Notes under the pieces: model-generated
The model's input: only the letters and a program-made list of their open reading frames with translations
Database searches by the model: none
Told to the model about the DNA's origin: nothing
NCBI GenBank assembly: GCA_965655095.1
Contig: OZ296649.1
Span: 120,218,001 to 120,282,000, forward strand
DNA from: Haplodiscus bocki
Lineage: Eukaryota
Direction: 5' to 3'
DNA: 64,000 bases
Made by a program: the position numbers and the translations under genes
Shown: one piece after another, positions 12,501-25,300 of the stretch
Numbering within the stretch: the stretch's first letter is position 1
How the letters are laid out: every line of letters begins with the position of its first letter

Positions 12501-15500
12501 CTAAAGGGACCTGCAAGTCAAAATGCCAGCCTTCACACTTTGTTGTTTTCTCACCAAGCCTTCAAATATAGCTTCTCTTTTTTTCCGAACATCCGGAGGG
12601 ATTTCGTTTTTTTTAGAACTTTATATGTTTCCTGGAAATCGCAAAGCTCATCAATGCTTTCAATTTTTCTGTAGTCTCTTCCTTGATTGTCGCAGATGTC
12701 AGAAACAGTATCACAATGAAAGAGAAAGATGCTTTTATTCGGCCGATTTCAAATGCTGTGGTGGAATGTATCTTATGTCAGTTCAGGTATTTTTTCATAG
12801 TGCTTCTTCAAACCTAGCTTTTTTGGTTGAATCCCTGACCAGGATGGAATTAGGAGCAAGATAGTACAGCATAGAATTATTGTTGAAAAGTTCATGGCAG
12901 CGAGTTCTAAGTCTAACGGAATTCGATTGGGGAATGACGTAGGTGTTACACTGAGTACTGAGTGGATAGTATTTTCCCCGTTTTGTTGACCAGGAGAGCA
13001 TAACTGCAAGCAGGTGTAACATACCCAAGTTGTTCATGGATGCTGTAAGCTCGATAAAGAGTTGGTGCAAACTTGAACGTGCCGTCGGCTAGCCAATTTG
13101 ATGATGCTTGCTAGACTTTAGCCATCTCATCGTCTCCCAAAAGCAGAATGCGGTCGCTGTCCTCCTTGCCCGTATCAGTCAAAAAGAACAATGAGAAAAC
13201 TTCAGAGACGTTCTCACTGGGGTGTGATGGCTCAACTTTATCTTCACTGGCACCAACGCATTGCTCACTGCCACTGACAGTTTGCGTATTCACTGGCTTC
13301 CTTTATCTGTGAAATATTTTCCCATTTTCCGGAATCAGTGTCATGGTAATGTTCGCCGTTTATTTCTCTAGTTTCTATTGTAAATGGTACTGCTGTTATG
13401 GGGCACTTTTTTCATACCTTCAACTATTAGTGTAGGCTTGCCTTTAGAGGAAGTGGTAAATATTATTTCATTAACATTAGTTGCAACAGGAAACAGATTG
13501 TTGCAATAATTTCTGTCGTAAATGAGATTAATTCAAACTATGTTTACTTGCATTTGTGAAATTTTTGACCTGATTCACTGGTACGCTATTGTCAGTAGTC
13601 TGTAAAATAATTGCTAAACTAGAGCTGTTTAACTGTGTTTCGAGAATTGATAATCAATGTAAAAATGCGCTCAATGTGTGACTCTGTTCTCGTGACAAAA
13701 GTTTCAGTAACCACTTAGTTCATTGCTTCTACTGATTTGGTTTGACGCTGTAACGTAATTAGGTTTTGGATGCAATTGATAGTTGGATGAAATTTTCTGG
13801 GGGTCAATTGAAAGTGGGTTAAATTGTATCTGTGGTGAAATAAACTTGGACCCCGAGAGAAATGCGAGACAATTCCCCGTAGCTGCAGTATAATACGATA
13901 GTGTATAGGCAATTACAAGCTCACGTCGTTTGACCACTTTCTAGGGAACTGACCCTTGACAGCGGGCGTCCTTGTTATATATGTATGTCCATCATGGATC
14001 CGAAAATAGTATCATTTTGTTCCACGAATTCTGGAGTTTTGTTTATATTTATACTTTTGCAAGCTTGTATTATATCGCAGGCCCCCTTTTTCTCCGAACT
14101 GTTCTCGACTTGCATTTGTGCCTGTATTCTGTTGTCTCCTAGATTTTGAGCATGCGCTCTCTTCTTCGCTCAAAATTTTGTTCATGCGCTCTAGCTGTTG
14201 AAAAAATTGGGTCACGTGGCATATTTCCACGAATGCGCGCCTATTTTAAATATAAGGCTAATCAACTACTATACTACTCACACTTCGTACTCTTTACACT
14301 TGTATATAAACTTATCTGAATTGACTGAGTTAAATAAGTTTTTGCTCTCGGAGTTTGGATTTCTTTGAGGCAGGTAGAGTTCAACTGCTTTTGATTATGG
14401 CGGTTTTTTTTCTTGTCTGCGTCCTTTTCGAAAGCCCTCAAGCGTTTCGATACACGCGGTTGCAGTGTGCATCGCCAAAAGGGACCTGCAAGTCAAAATG
14501 CCAGCCTTCACACTTTGTTGTTTTCTCACCAAGCCTTCAAATATAACTTCTCTTTTTTCCGAACATCCGGAGGGATTTCGATTTTTTTAGAACTTTATGT
14601 TTCCTGGAAATCGCAAAGCTCATCAATGCTTTCAATTTTTCTGTAGTCTCTTGCTTGATTGTCGCAGATATTAGAAACAGTATCACAATGAAAGAGAAAG
14701 ATGCTTTTATTCGGCCGATTTCAAATGCTGTGGTGGAATGTATCTTATGTCAGTTCAGGTATTTTTTCATAATGCTTCTTCAAACCTAGCTTTTTTGGTT
14801 GAAGCCCTGACCAGGATGGAATTAGGAGCAAGATAGTACAGCATAGAATTATTGTTGAAAAGTTCATGGCAGCGAGTTCTAAGTCTAACGGAATTCGATC
14901 GGGGAATGACGTAGGTGTTACACTGAGTATTGAGTGGATAGTATTTTCCTTGTTTTGTTGACCAAGAGAGCATAACTGCAAGCAGGTGTAACATGCCCAA
15001 GTTGTTCATGGATGCTGTAAGCTCGATAAAGAGTTGTTGCAAACTTGAACGTGCCGTCGGCTAGCCAATTTGATGATGCTTGCTAGAGTTTAGCCATCTC
15101 ATCGTCTCCCAAAAGCAGAATGCGGTCGCTGTCCTCCTTGCCCGTATGAGTCAAAAAGAACAATGAGAACACTTCAGAGACGTTCTCACTGGGGTGTGAT
15201 GGCTCAACTTTATCTTCACTGGCACCAACGCATTGCTCACTGCCACTGACAGTTTGCGTATTCACTGGCTTCCTTTATCTGTGAATTATTTTCCCATTTT
15301 CCGGAATCAGCGTCATGGTAATGTTCGCATTTTATTTCTCTAGTTTCTATTGTAAATGGTACTGCTGTTACGGGGCACTGTTTTCATACCTTCAACTATT
15401 AGTGTAGGCTTGCCTTTGGAGGAAGTGGTATTATATCGCAGGCCCCCTTTTTCTCCGAACTGTTCTCGACTTGCATTTGTGCCTGTATTGTGTTGTTGCC

Positions 15501-16310
15501 TAGATTTTGAGCATGCGCTCTCGCCTTCGCTGAAAATATTGTTCATGCGCTCTAGCTGTTGAAAAAATTGGGTCACGTGGCATCTTTCCACGAATGCGCG
15601 CCTATTTCAAATATAAGGCTAATCAACTACTATACCACTCACACTTCCTACTCTTTACACTTGTATATAAACTTCTGTGAATTAACTGAGTTAAATAAGT
15701 TTTTGCTCTCGGAGTTTGGATTTCTTTGAGGCAGGTAGAGTTCAACTGTTTTTGATTATGGCGGTTTTTTTTCGTCTCTGCGTCCTTTTCGAAAGCCCTC
15801 AAGCGTTTCGATACACGCGGTTGCAGTGTGCATCGCCAAAAGGGACCTGCAAGTCAAAATGCCAGCCTTCACACTTTGTTGTTTTCTCACCAAGCCTTCA
15901 AATATAGCTTCTCTTTTTTCCGAACATCCGGAGGGATTTCGATTTTTTTAGAACTTTATGTTTCCTGGAAATCGCAAAGCTCATCAATGCTTTCAATTTC
16001 TCTGTAGTCTCTTCCTTGATTGTCGCAGTTATCAGAAACAGTATCACAATGAAAGAGAAAGATGCTTTTGTTCGGCCGATTTCAAATGCTGTGTTGGAAT
16101 GTATCTTATGTCAGTTCAGGTATTTTTTCATAATGCTTCTTCAAACCTAGCTGTTTTGGTTGAAGCCCTGACCAGGATGGAATTAGGAGGAAGATAGTAC
16201 AGCATAGATTTTTTGTTGAACAGTTCATGGCAGCGAGTTCTAAGTCTAACGGAATTCGATCGGGGAATGACGTAGGTGTTACACTGAGTATTGAGTGGAT
16301 AGTATTTTCC
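6300..16310. repeat. Higher-order repeat: long-long-short monomer triplet duplicated with 5307-5310 bp period
   Basis: Private variants recur at +5310/+5307: cccttggagtttgggtttctctgagg (7061/12371), ctaaagggac (7191/12501), the MAKV ORF end (7801/13111), and an identical deletion junction (~10121/~15428). Confidence 0.92.
6481..6568 (-). repeat. Five degenerate ~16-bp subrepeats ending in GGACCCC; probable MULE terminal inverted repeat (one per full monomer, e.g. also ~597-684)
   Basis: tggatgcaattgatagt|tggatgaaattttctg|ggggtcaattgaaagt|gggttaaattgtatct|ggggtgaaataaactt|ggacccc. The copies at ~2590 and ~4548 lack 15 bp between two AATT cores, i.e. one unit. Confidence 0.65.
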
Positions 16311-19300
16311 TTGTTTTGTTGACCAAGAGAGCATAACTGCAAGCAGGTGTAACATGCCCAAGTTGTTCATGGATGCTGTAAGCTCGATAAAGAGTTGTTG
16401 CAAACTTGAACGTGCCGTCGGCTAGCCAATTTGATGATGCTTGCTAGAGTTTAGCCATCTCATCGTCTCCCAAAAGCAGAATGCGGTCGCTGTCCTCCTT
16501 GCCCGTATGAGTCAAAAAGAACAATGAGAACACTTCAGAGACGTTCTCACTGGGGTGTGATGGCTCAACTTTATCTTCACTGGCACCAACGCATTGCTCA
16601 CTGCCACTGACAGTTTGCGTATTCACTGGCTTCCTTTATCTGTGAAATATTTTCCCATTTTCCGGAATCAGTGTCATGGTAATGTTCGCCGTTTATTTCT
16701 CTAGTTTCTATTGTAAATGGTACTGCTGTTACGGGGCACTGTTTTCATACCCTCAACTATTAGTGTAGGCTTGCCTTTGGAGGAAGTGGTAAATATTATT
16801 TCATTAACATTAGTTGCAACAGGAAACAGATTGTTGCAATAATTTCAGTCGTAAATGAGATTAATTCAAACTATGTTTACTTGCATTTGTGAAATTTTTT
16901 ACCTCATTCACTAGGACGCTTTTGTCAGTAGTCTGTAAAATAATTGTTAAACTAGAGCTGTTTAACTGTGTTTCGAGAATTGATAATCAATGTAAAAATG
17001 CGCTCAATGCGTGACTGTGTTTTCGTGACAAAAGTTTCAGTAACCACTAAGTTTATTGCTTCTACTGATTTGGTTTGACGCTGTAACGTATTTAGGTTTT
17101 GGATGCAATTGATAGTTGGATGAAATTTTCTGGGGGTCAATTGAAAGTGGGTTAAATTGTATCTGGGGTGAAATAAACTTGGACCCCGAGAGAAATGCGA
17201 GACAATTCCCCGTAGCTGCAGTATAATACGATAGTGTATAGGCAATTACAAGCTCACGTCGTTTGACCACTTTCTAGGGAACTGTCCCTTGACAGCGGGC
17301 GTCCTTGTTATATATGTATGTCCATCATGGATCCGAAAATAGTATCATTTTGTTCCACGAATTCTGGAGTTTTGTTTCTATACTTATACTTTTGCAAGCT
17401 TGTATTATATCGCAGGCCCCCTTTTTCTCCGAACTGTTCTCGACTTGCATTTGTGCCTGTATTCTGTTGTTGCCTAGATTTTGAGCATGCGCTCTCGCCT
17501 TCGCTGAAAATATTGTTCATGCGCTCTAGCTGTTGAAAAAATTGGGTCACTTGGCATCTTTCCTCGAATGCGCGCCTATTTTAAATATAAGGCTTATCAA
17601 CTACTATACTACTCCCACTTCGTACTCTTTAAACTTGTATATAAACTTATGAGAATTAACTGAGTTAAATAAGTTTTTTCCCTCGGAGTTTGGATTTCTT
17701 TGAGGCAGGTAGAGCTCAACTGCTTTTGATTATGGCGGTTTTTTTCGTGTCTGCGTCCTTTTCAAAAGCCCTCAAGCGTTTCGATACACGCGGTTACAGT
17801 GTGCATCGCAAAAAGGGACCTGCAAGTCAAGATGCCAGCCTTCACACTTTGTTGTTTTCTCACCAAGCCTTCAAATATAGCTTCTCTTTTTTCCGAAAAT
17901 CCGGAGGGATTTCGATTTTTTTAGAACTTTATGTTTCCTGGAAATCGCAAAGCTCATCAATGCTTTCAATTTTTCTGTAGTCTCTTCCTTGATTGTCGCA
18001 GTTATCAGAAACAGTATCACAATGAAAGAGAAAGATGCTTTTATTCGGCCGATTTCAAATGCTGTGGTGGAATGTATATGTCAGTTCAGGTATTTTTTCA
18101 TAATGCTTCTTCAAACCTAGCTTTTTTGGTTGAAGCCCTGACCAGGATGGAATAGGAGCAAGATAGTACAGCATAGAATTATTGTTGAAAAGTTCATGGC
18201 AGCGAGTTCTAAGTCTAACGGAATTCGATTGGGGAATGACGTAGGTGTTACACTGAGTATTGAGTGGATAGTATTTTCCCCGTTTTGTTGACCAAGAGAG
18301 CATAACTGCAAGCAGGTGTAACATGCCCAAGTTGTTCATGGATGCGTAAGCTCGATAAAGAGTTGTTGCAAACTTGAACGTGCCGTCGGCTAGCCAATTT
18401 GATGATGCTTGCTAGAGTTTAGCCATCTCATCGTCTCCCAAAATCAGAATGCGGTCGCTGTCCTCCTTGCTCGTATGAGTCAAAAAGAACAATGAGAACA
18501 CTTCAGAGACGTTCTCACTGGGGTGTGATGGCTCAACTTTATCTTCACTGGCACCAACGCATTGCTCACTGCCACTGACAATTTGAGTATTCACTGGCTT
18601 CCTTTATCTGTGAAATATTTTCCCATTTTCCGGAATCAGTGTCATGGTAATGTTCGCCGTTTGTTTCTCTAGTTTCTATTGTAAATGGTACTGCTGTTAC
18701 GGGGCACTTTTTTCATACCTTCAACTATTAGTGTAGGCTTGCCTTTAGAGTGGTAAATATTATTTCATAACATTAGTTGCAACAGGAAACTGATTGTTGC
18801 AATAATTTCAGTCGTAAATGAGAATAATTCAAACTATGTTTACTTGCATTTGTGAAATTTTTTACCTCATTTACTAGGACGCTTTTGTCAGCAGTCTGTA
18901 AAATAATTGTTAAACTAGAGCTGTTTAACTGTGTTTCGAGAATTGATAATCAATGTAAAAATGCGCTCAATGTGTGACTGTGTTTTCGTGACAAAAGTTT
19001 CAGTAACCACTTAGTTCATTGCTTGTACTGATTTGGTTTGACGCTGTAACGTAATTAGGTTTTGGATGCAATTGATTGTTGGATGAAATTTTCTGGGGGT
19101 CAATTGAAAGTGGGTTAAATTGTATCTGGGGTGAAATAAACTTGGACCCCGAGAGAAATGCGAGACAATTCCCCGTAGCTCCAGTATAATACGATAGTGT
19201 ATAGGCAATTACAAGCTCTAGTCGTTTGACCACTTTCTAGTGAACTGTCCCTTGACAGCGGGCGTCCTTGTTATATATGTATGTCCATCATGGATCGGAA

Positions 19301-22300
19301 AATGGTATCATTTTGTTCCACGAATTCTGGAGTTTTGTTTCTATAATTATACTTTTGCAAGCTTGTATTATATCGCAGGCCTCTTCTCCGAACTGTTCTC
19401 GACTTGCATTTGTGCCTGTTTTTTGTTGTTGCCTAGATTCTGAGCATGCGCTCTCGCCTTCGCTCAAAATTTTGTTCATGCGCTCTAGCTGTTGAAAAAA
19501 TTGGGTCACATGGCATATTTCCACGAATGCGCGCCTATTTTAAGTATAAGGCTAATCAACTACTATACTACTCACACTTCGTACTCTTTACACTTGTATA
19601 TAAACTTATGAGAATTAACTGAGTTGAATAAGTTTTTTCCCTCGGAGTTTGGGTTTCTTTGAGGCAGGTAGAGTTGAACTGCTTTTGATTATGGCGTTTT
19701 TTTTCCGTGTCTGCGTCCTTTTCGAAAGCCCTCAAGCGTTTCGATACACGCGGTTGCAGTGCGCATCGCCAAAAGGGACCTGCAAGTCAAAATGCCAGCC
19801 TTCAAACTTTGTTGTTTTCTCACCAAGCCTTCAAATATAGCTTCTCTTTTTTTCCGAACATCCGGAGGTATTTCGATTTTTTTTAGAACTTTATATGTTT
19901 CCTGGAATTCGCAAAGCTCATCAATGCTTTCAATTTTTCTGTAGTCTATTCCTTGATTGTCGCAGATGTCAGAAACAGTATCACAATGAAAGAGAAAGAT
20001 GCTTTTATTCGGCCGCTTTCAAATGCTGTGGTGGAATGTATCTTATGTCAGTTCAGGTATTTTTTCATAGTGCTTCTTCAAACCTAGCTTTTTTGGTTGA
20101 AGCCCTGACCAGGATGAAATTAGGAGCAAGATAGTACAGCATAGAATTATTGTTGAAAAGTTCATGGCAGCGAGTTCTAAGTCTAACGGAATTCGATCGG
20201 GGAATGACGTAGGTGTTACACTGAGTATGAGTGGATAGTATTTTCCCCGTTTTGTTGACCAAGAGGGCATATCTGCAAGCAGGTGTAACATGCCCAAGTT
20301 GTTCATGGATGCTGTAAGCTCGATAAAGAGTTGGTGCAAACTTGAACGTGCCGTCGGCTAGCCAATTTGATGATGCTCGTTAGAGTTTAGCCATCTCATC
20401 GTCTCCCAAAAGCAGAATGCGGTCGCTGTCCTCCTTGCTCGTATGAGTCAAAAAGAACAATGAGAACACTTCAGAGACGTTCTCACTGGGGTGTGATGGC
20501 TCAACTTTATCTTCACTGGCACCAACGCATTGCTCACTGCCACTGACAATTTGCGTATTCACTGGCTTCCTTTATCTGTGAAATATTTTCCCATTTTCCG
20601 GAATCAGTGTCATGGTAATGTTCGCCGTTTGTTTCTCTAGTTTCTATTGTAAATGGTACTGCTATTACGGGGCACTTTTTTCATAACTTCAACTATTAGT
20701 GTAGGCTTGCCTTTAGAGGAAGTGGTAAATATTATTTCATAATATTAGTTGCAACAGGAAACTGATTGTTGCAATAATTTCAGTCGTAAATGAGAATAAT
20801 TCAAACTATGATTACTTGCATTTGTGAAATTTTTTACCTCATTCACTAGGACGCTTTTGTCAGTGGTCTGTAAAATAATTGTTAAACTAGAGCTGTTTAA
20901 CTGTGTTTCGAGAATTGATAATCAATGTAAAAATGCGCTCAATGTGTGACTCTGTTTTCGTGACAAAAGTTTCAGTAACCACTTAGTTCATTGCTTGTAC
21001 TGATTTGGTTTGACGCTGTAACGTAATTAGGTTTTGGATGCAATTGATAGTTGGATGAAATTTTCTGGGGGTCAATTGAAAGTGGGTTAAATTGTATCTG
21101 GGGTGAATTAAACTTGGACCCCGAGAGAAATGCGAGACAATTATCCGTAGCTCCAGTATAATACGATAGTGTATAGGCAATTACAAGCTCACGTCGTTTG
21201 ACCACTTTCTAGTGAACTGTCCCTTGACAGCGGGCGTCCTTGTTATATATGTATGTCCATAATGGATCGGAAAATGGTATCATTTTGTTCCACGAATTTT
21301 GGAGTTTTGTTTCTATAATTATACTTTTGCAAGCTTGTATTATATCGCAGGCCTCTTTTTCTCCGAACTGTTCCCGACTTGCATTTGTGCCTGTTTTTTG
21401 TTGTTGCCTAGATTCTGAGCATGCGCTCTCGCCTTCGCTCTAAATATTGTTCATGCGCTCTAGCTGTTGAAAAAATTGGGTCACGTAGCATATTTCCACG
21501 AATGCGCGCCTATTTTAAGTATAAGGCTAATCAACTACTATACTACTCACACTTCGTACTGTTTACACTTGTATATAAACTTATGAGAATTAACTGAGTT
21601 AAATAAGTTTTTTCCCTCGGAGTTTGGATTTCTTTGAGGCAGGTAGAGTTCAACTGTTTTTGATTATGGCGGTTTTTTTTCGTCTCTGCGTCCTTTTCGA
21701 AAGCCCTCAAGCGTTTCGATACACGCGGTTGCAGTGCGCATCGCCAAAAGGGACCTGCAAGTCAAAATACCAGCCTTCACACTTTGTTGTTTTCTCACCA
21801 AGCCTTCAAATATAGCTTCTCTTTTTTTCCGAACATCCGGAGGGATTTCGATTTTTTTTAGAACTTTATATGTTTCCTGGAATTCGCAAAGCTCATCAAT
21901 GCTTTCAATTTTGCTGTAGTCTATTCCTTGATTGTCGCAGATGTCAGAAACAGTATCACATTGAAAGAGAAAGATGCTTTTATTCGGCCGATTTCAAATG
22001 CTGTGGTGGAATGTATCTTATGTCAGTTCAGGTATTTTTTCATAATGCTTCTTCAAACCTAGCTTTTTTGGTTGAAGCCCTGACCAGGATGGAATTAGGA
22101 GCAAGATAGTACAGCATAGAATTATTGTTGAAAAGTTCATGGCAGCGAGTTCTAAGTCTAACGGAATTCGATCGGGGAATGACGTAGGTGTTACACTGAG
22201 TATTGAGTGGATAGTATTTTCCCCGTTTTGTTGACCAAGAGAGCGTAACTGCAAGCAGGTGTAACATGCCCAAGTTGTTCATGGATGCTGTAAGCTCGAT

Positions 22301-25300
22301 AAAGAGTTGTTGCAAACTTGAACGTGCCGTCGGCTAGCCAATTTGATGATGCTTGCTAGAGTTTAGCCATCTCATCGTCTCCCAAAAGCAGAATGCGGTC
22401 GCTGTCCTCCTTGCCCGTATGAGTCAAAAAGAACAATGAGAACACTTCAGAGACGTTCTCACTGGGGTGTGATGGCTCAACTTTATCTTCACTGGCACCA
22501 ACGCATTGCTCACTGCCACTGACAGTTTGCGGATTCACTGGCTTCCTTCATCTGTGAAATATTTTCCCATTTTCCGGAATCAGTGTCATGGTAATGTTCG
22601 CCGTTTATTTCACTAATTTCTATTGTAAATGGTACTGCTGTTACGGGGCACTTTTTTCATACCTTCAACTATTAGTGTAGGCTTGCCTTTACAGGAAGTG
22701 GTAAATATTTTTTCATTAACATTAGTTGCAACAGGAAACAGATTGTTGCAATAATTTCAGTCATAAATGAGATAAATTCAAACTATGTTTACTTGCATTT
22801 GTGAAATTTTTTACCTGATTCACTAGGACGCTTTTGTCAGTAGTCTGTAAAATAATTGTTAAACTAGAGCTGTTTAACTGTGTTTCGAGAATTGATAATC
22901 AATGTAAAAATGTGCTCAATGTGTGACTCTGTTTTCGTGACAAAAATTTCAGTAACCACTTAGTTCATTGCTTGTACTGATTTGGTTTGACGCTGTAACG
23001 TAATTAGGTTTTGGATGCAATTGATTGTTGGATGAAATTTTCTGGGGGTCAATTGAAAGTGGGTTAAATTGTATCTGGGGTGAAATAAACTTGAACCCCG
23101 AGAGAAATGCGAGACAATTCCCCGTAGCTGCAGTATAATACGATAGTGTATAGGCAATTACAAGCTCACGTCGTTTGACCACTTTCTAGTGAACTGTCCC
23201 TTGACAGCGGGCGTCCTTGTTATATATGTATGTCCATCATGGATCCGAAAATAGTATCATTTTGTTCCATGAATTCTGAGTTTTGTTTTTATAATTATAC
23301 TTTTGCAAGCTTGTACTATATCGCAGGCTTCTTTTTCTCCGAACTGTTCTCGACTTGCATTTGTGCCTGTTTTTTGTTGTTGCCTAGATTCTGAGCATGC
23401 GCTCTCGCCTTCGCTCAAAATATTGTTCATGCGCTCTAGCTGTTGAAAAAATTGGGTCACATGGCATATTTCCACCAATGAGCGCCTATTTTAAGTATAA
23501 GGCTAATCAACTACTATACTACTCACACTTCGTACTCTTTACACTTGTATAAAAACTTATGAGAATTAACTGAGTTAAATAAGTTTTTTCCCTCGGAGTT
23601 TGGATTTCTTTGAGGCAGGTAGAGTTCAACTGCTTTTGATTATGGCGGTTTTTTTTCGTGTCTGCGTCCTTTTCGAAAGCCCTCAAGCGTTTCGATACAC
23701 GCGGTTGCAGTGCGCATCGCCAAAAGGGACCTGCAGGTCAAAGTGCCAGCCTTCACACTTTGTTGTTTTCTCACCAAGCCTTAAAATATAGCTTCTCTTT
23801 TTTTCCGAACATCCGGAGGGATTTCGATTTTTTTCAGAACTTTATATGTTTCCTGGAAATCGCAAAGCTCATCAATGCTTTCAATTTTTCTGTAGTCTAT
23901 TCCTTGATTGTCGCAGATGTCAGAAACAGTATCACAATGAAAGAGAAAGATGCTTTTATTCGGCCGATTTCAAATGCTGTGGTGGAATGTATCTTATGTT
24001 AGTTCAGGTATTTTTTCATAGTGCTTCTTCAAACCTAGCTTTTTTGGTTGAAGCCCTGACCAGGATGAAATTAGGAGCAAGATAGTACAGCATAGAATTA
24101 TTGTTGAAAAGTTCATGGCAGCGAGTTCTAAGTCTAACGGAATTCGATCGGGGAATGACGTAGGTGTTACACTGAGTATTGAGTGGATAGTATTTTCCCC
24201 GTTTTGTTGACCAAGAGGGCATATCTGCAAGCAGGTGTAACATGCCCATGTTGTTCATGGATGCTGTAAGCTCGATGAAGAGTTGGTGCAAACTTGAACG
24301 TGCCGTCGGCTAGCCAATTTGATGATGCTCGCTAGAGTTCAGCCATCTCATCGTCTCCCAAAAGCAGAATGCGGTCGCTGTCCTCCTTGCCCGTATCAGT
24401 CAAAAAGAACAATGAGAACACTTCAGAGACGTTCTCACTGGGGTGTGATGGCTCAACTTTATCTTCACTGGCACCAACGCATTGCTCACTGCCACTGACA
24501 GTTTGCGTATTCACTGGCTTCCTTTATCTGTGAAATATTTTCCCATTTTCCGGAATCAGTGTCATGGTAATGTTCGCCGTTTATTTCACTAATTTCTATT
24601 GTAAATGGTACTGCTGTTACGGGGCACTTTTTTCATACCTTCAACTATTAGTGTAGGCTTGCCTTTAGAGGAAGTGGTAAATATTATTTCATTAACATTA
24701 GTTGCAACAGGAAGCAGATTGTTGCAATAATTTCAGTCATAAATGAGATTAATTCAAACTATGTTTACTTGCATTTGTGAAATTTTTTTACCTGATTCAC
24801 TAGGACGCTTTTGTCAGTAGTCTGTAAAATAATTGTTAAACTAGAGCTGTTTAACTGTGTTTCGAGAATTGATAATCAATGTAAAAATGCGCTCAATGTG
24901 TGACTCTGTTTTCGTGACAAAAGTTTCAGTAACCACTTAGTTCATTGCTTGTACTGATTTGGTTTGACGCTGTAACGTAATTAGGTTTTGGATGCAATTG
25001 ATTGTTGGATGAAATTTTCTGGGGGTCAATTGAAAGTGGGTTAAATTGTATCTGGGGTGAAATAAACTTGAACCCCGAGAGAAATGCGAGACAATTCCCC
25101 GTAGCTGCAGTATAATACGATAGTGTATAGGCAATTACAAGCTCACGTCGTTTGACCACTTTCTAGGGAACTGTCCCTTGACAGCGGGCGTACTTGTTAT
25201 ATATGTATGTCCATCATGGATCCGAAAATAGTATCATTTTGTTCCACGAATTCTGGAGTTTTGTTTCTATAATTATACTTTTGCAAGCTTGTACTATATC

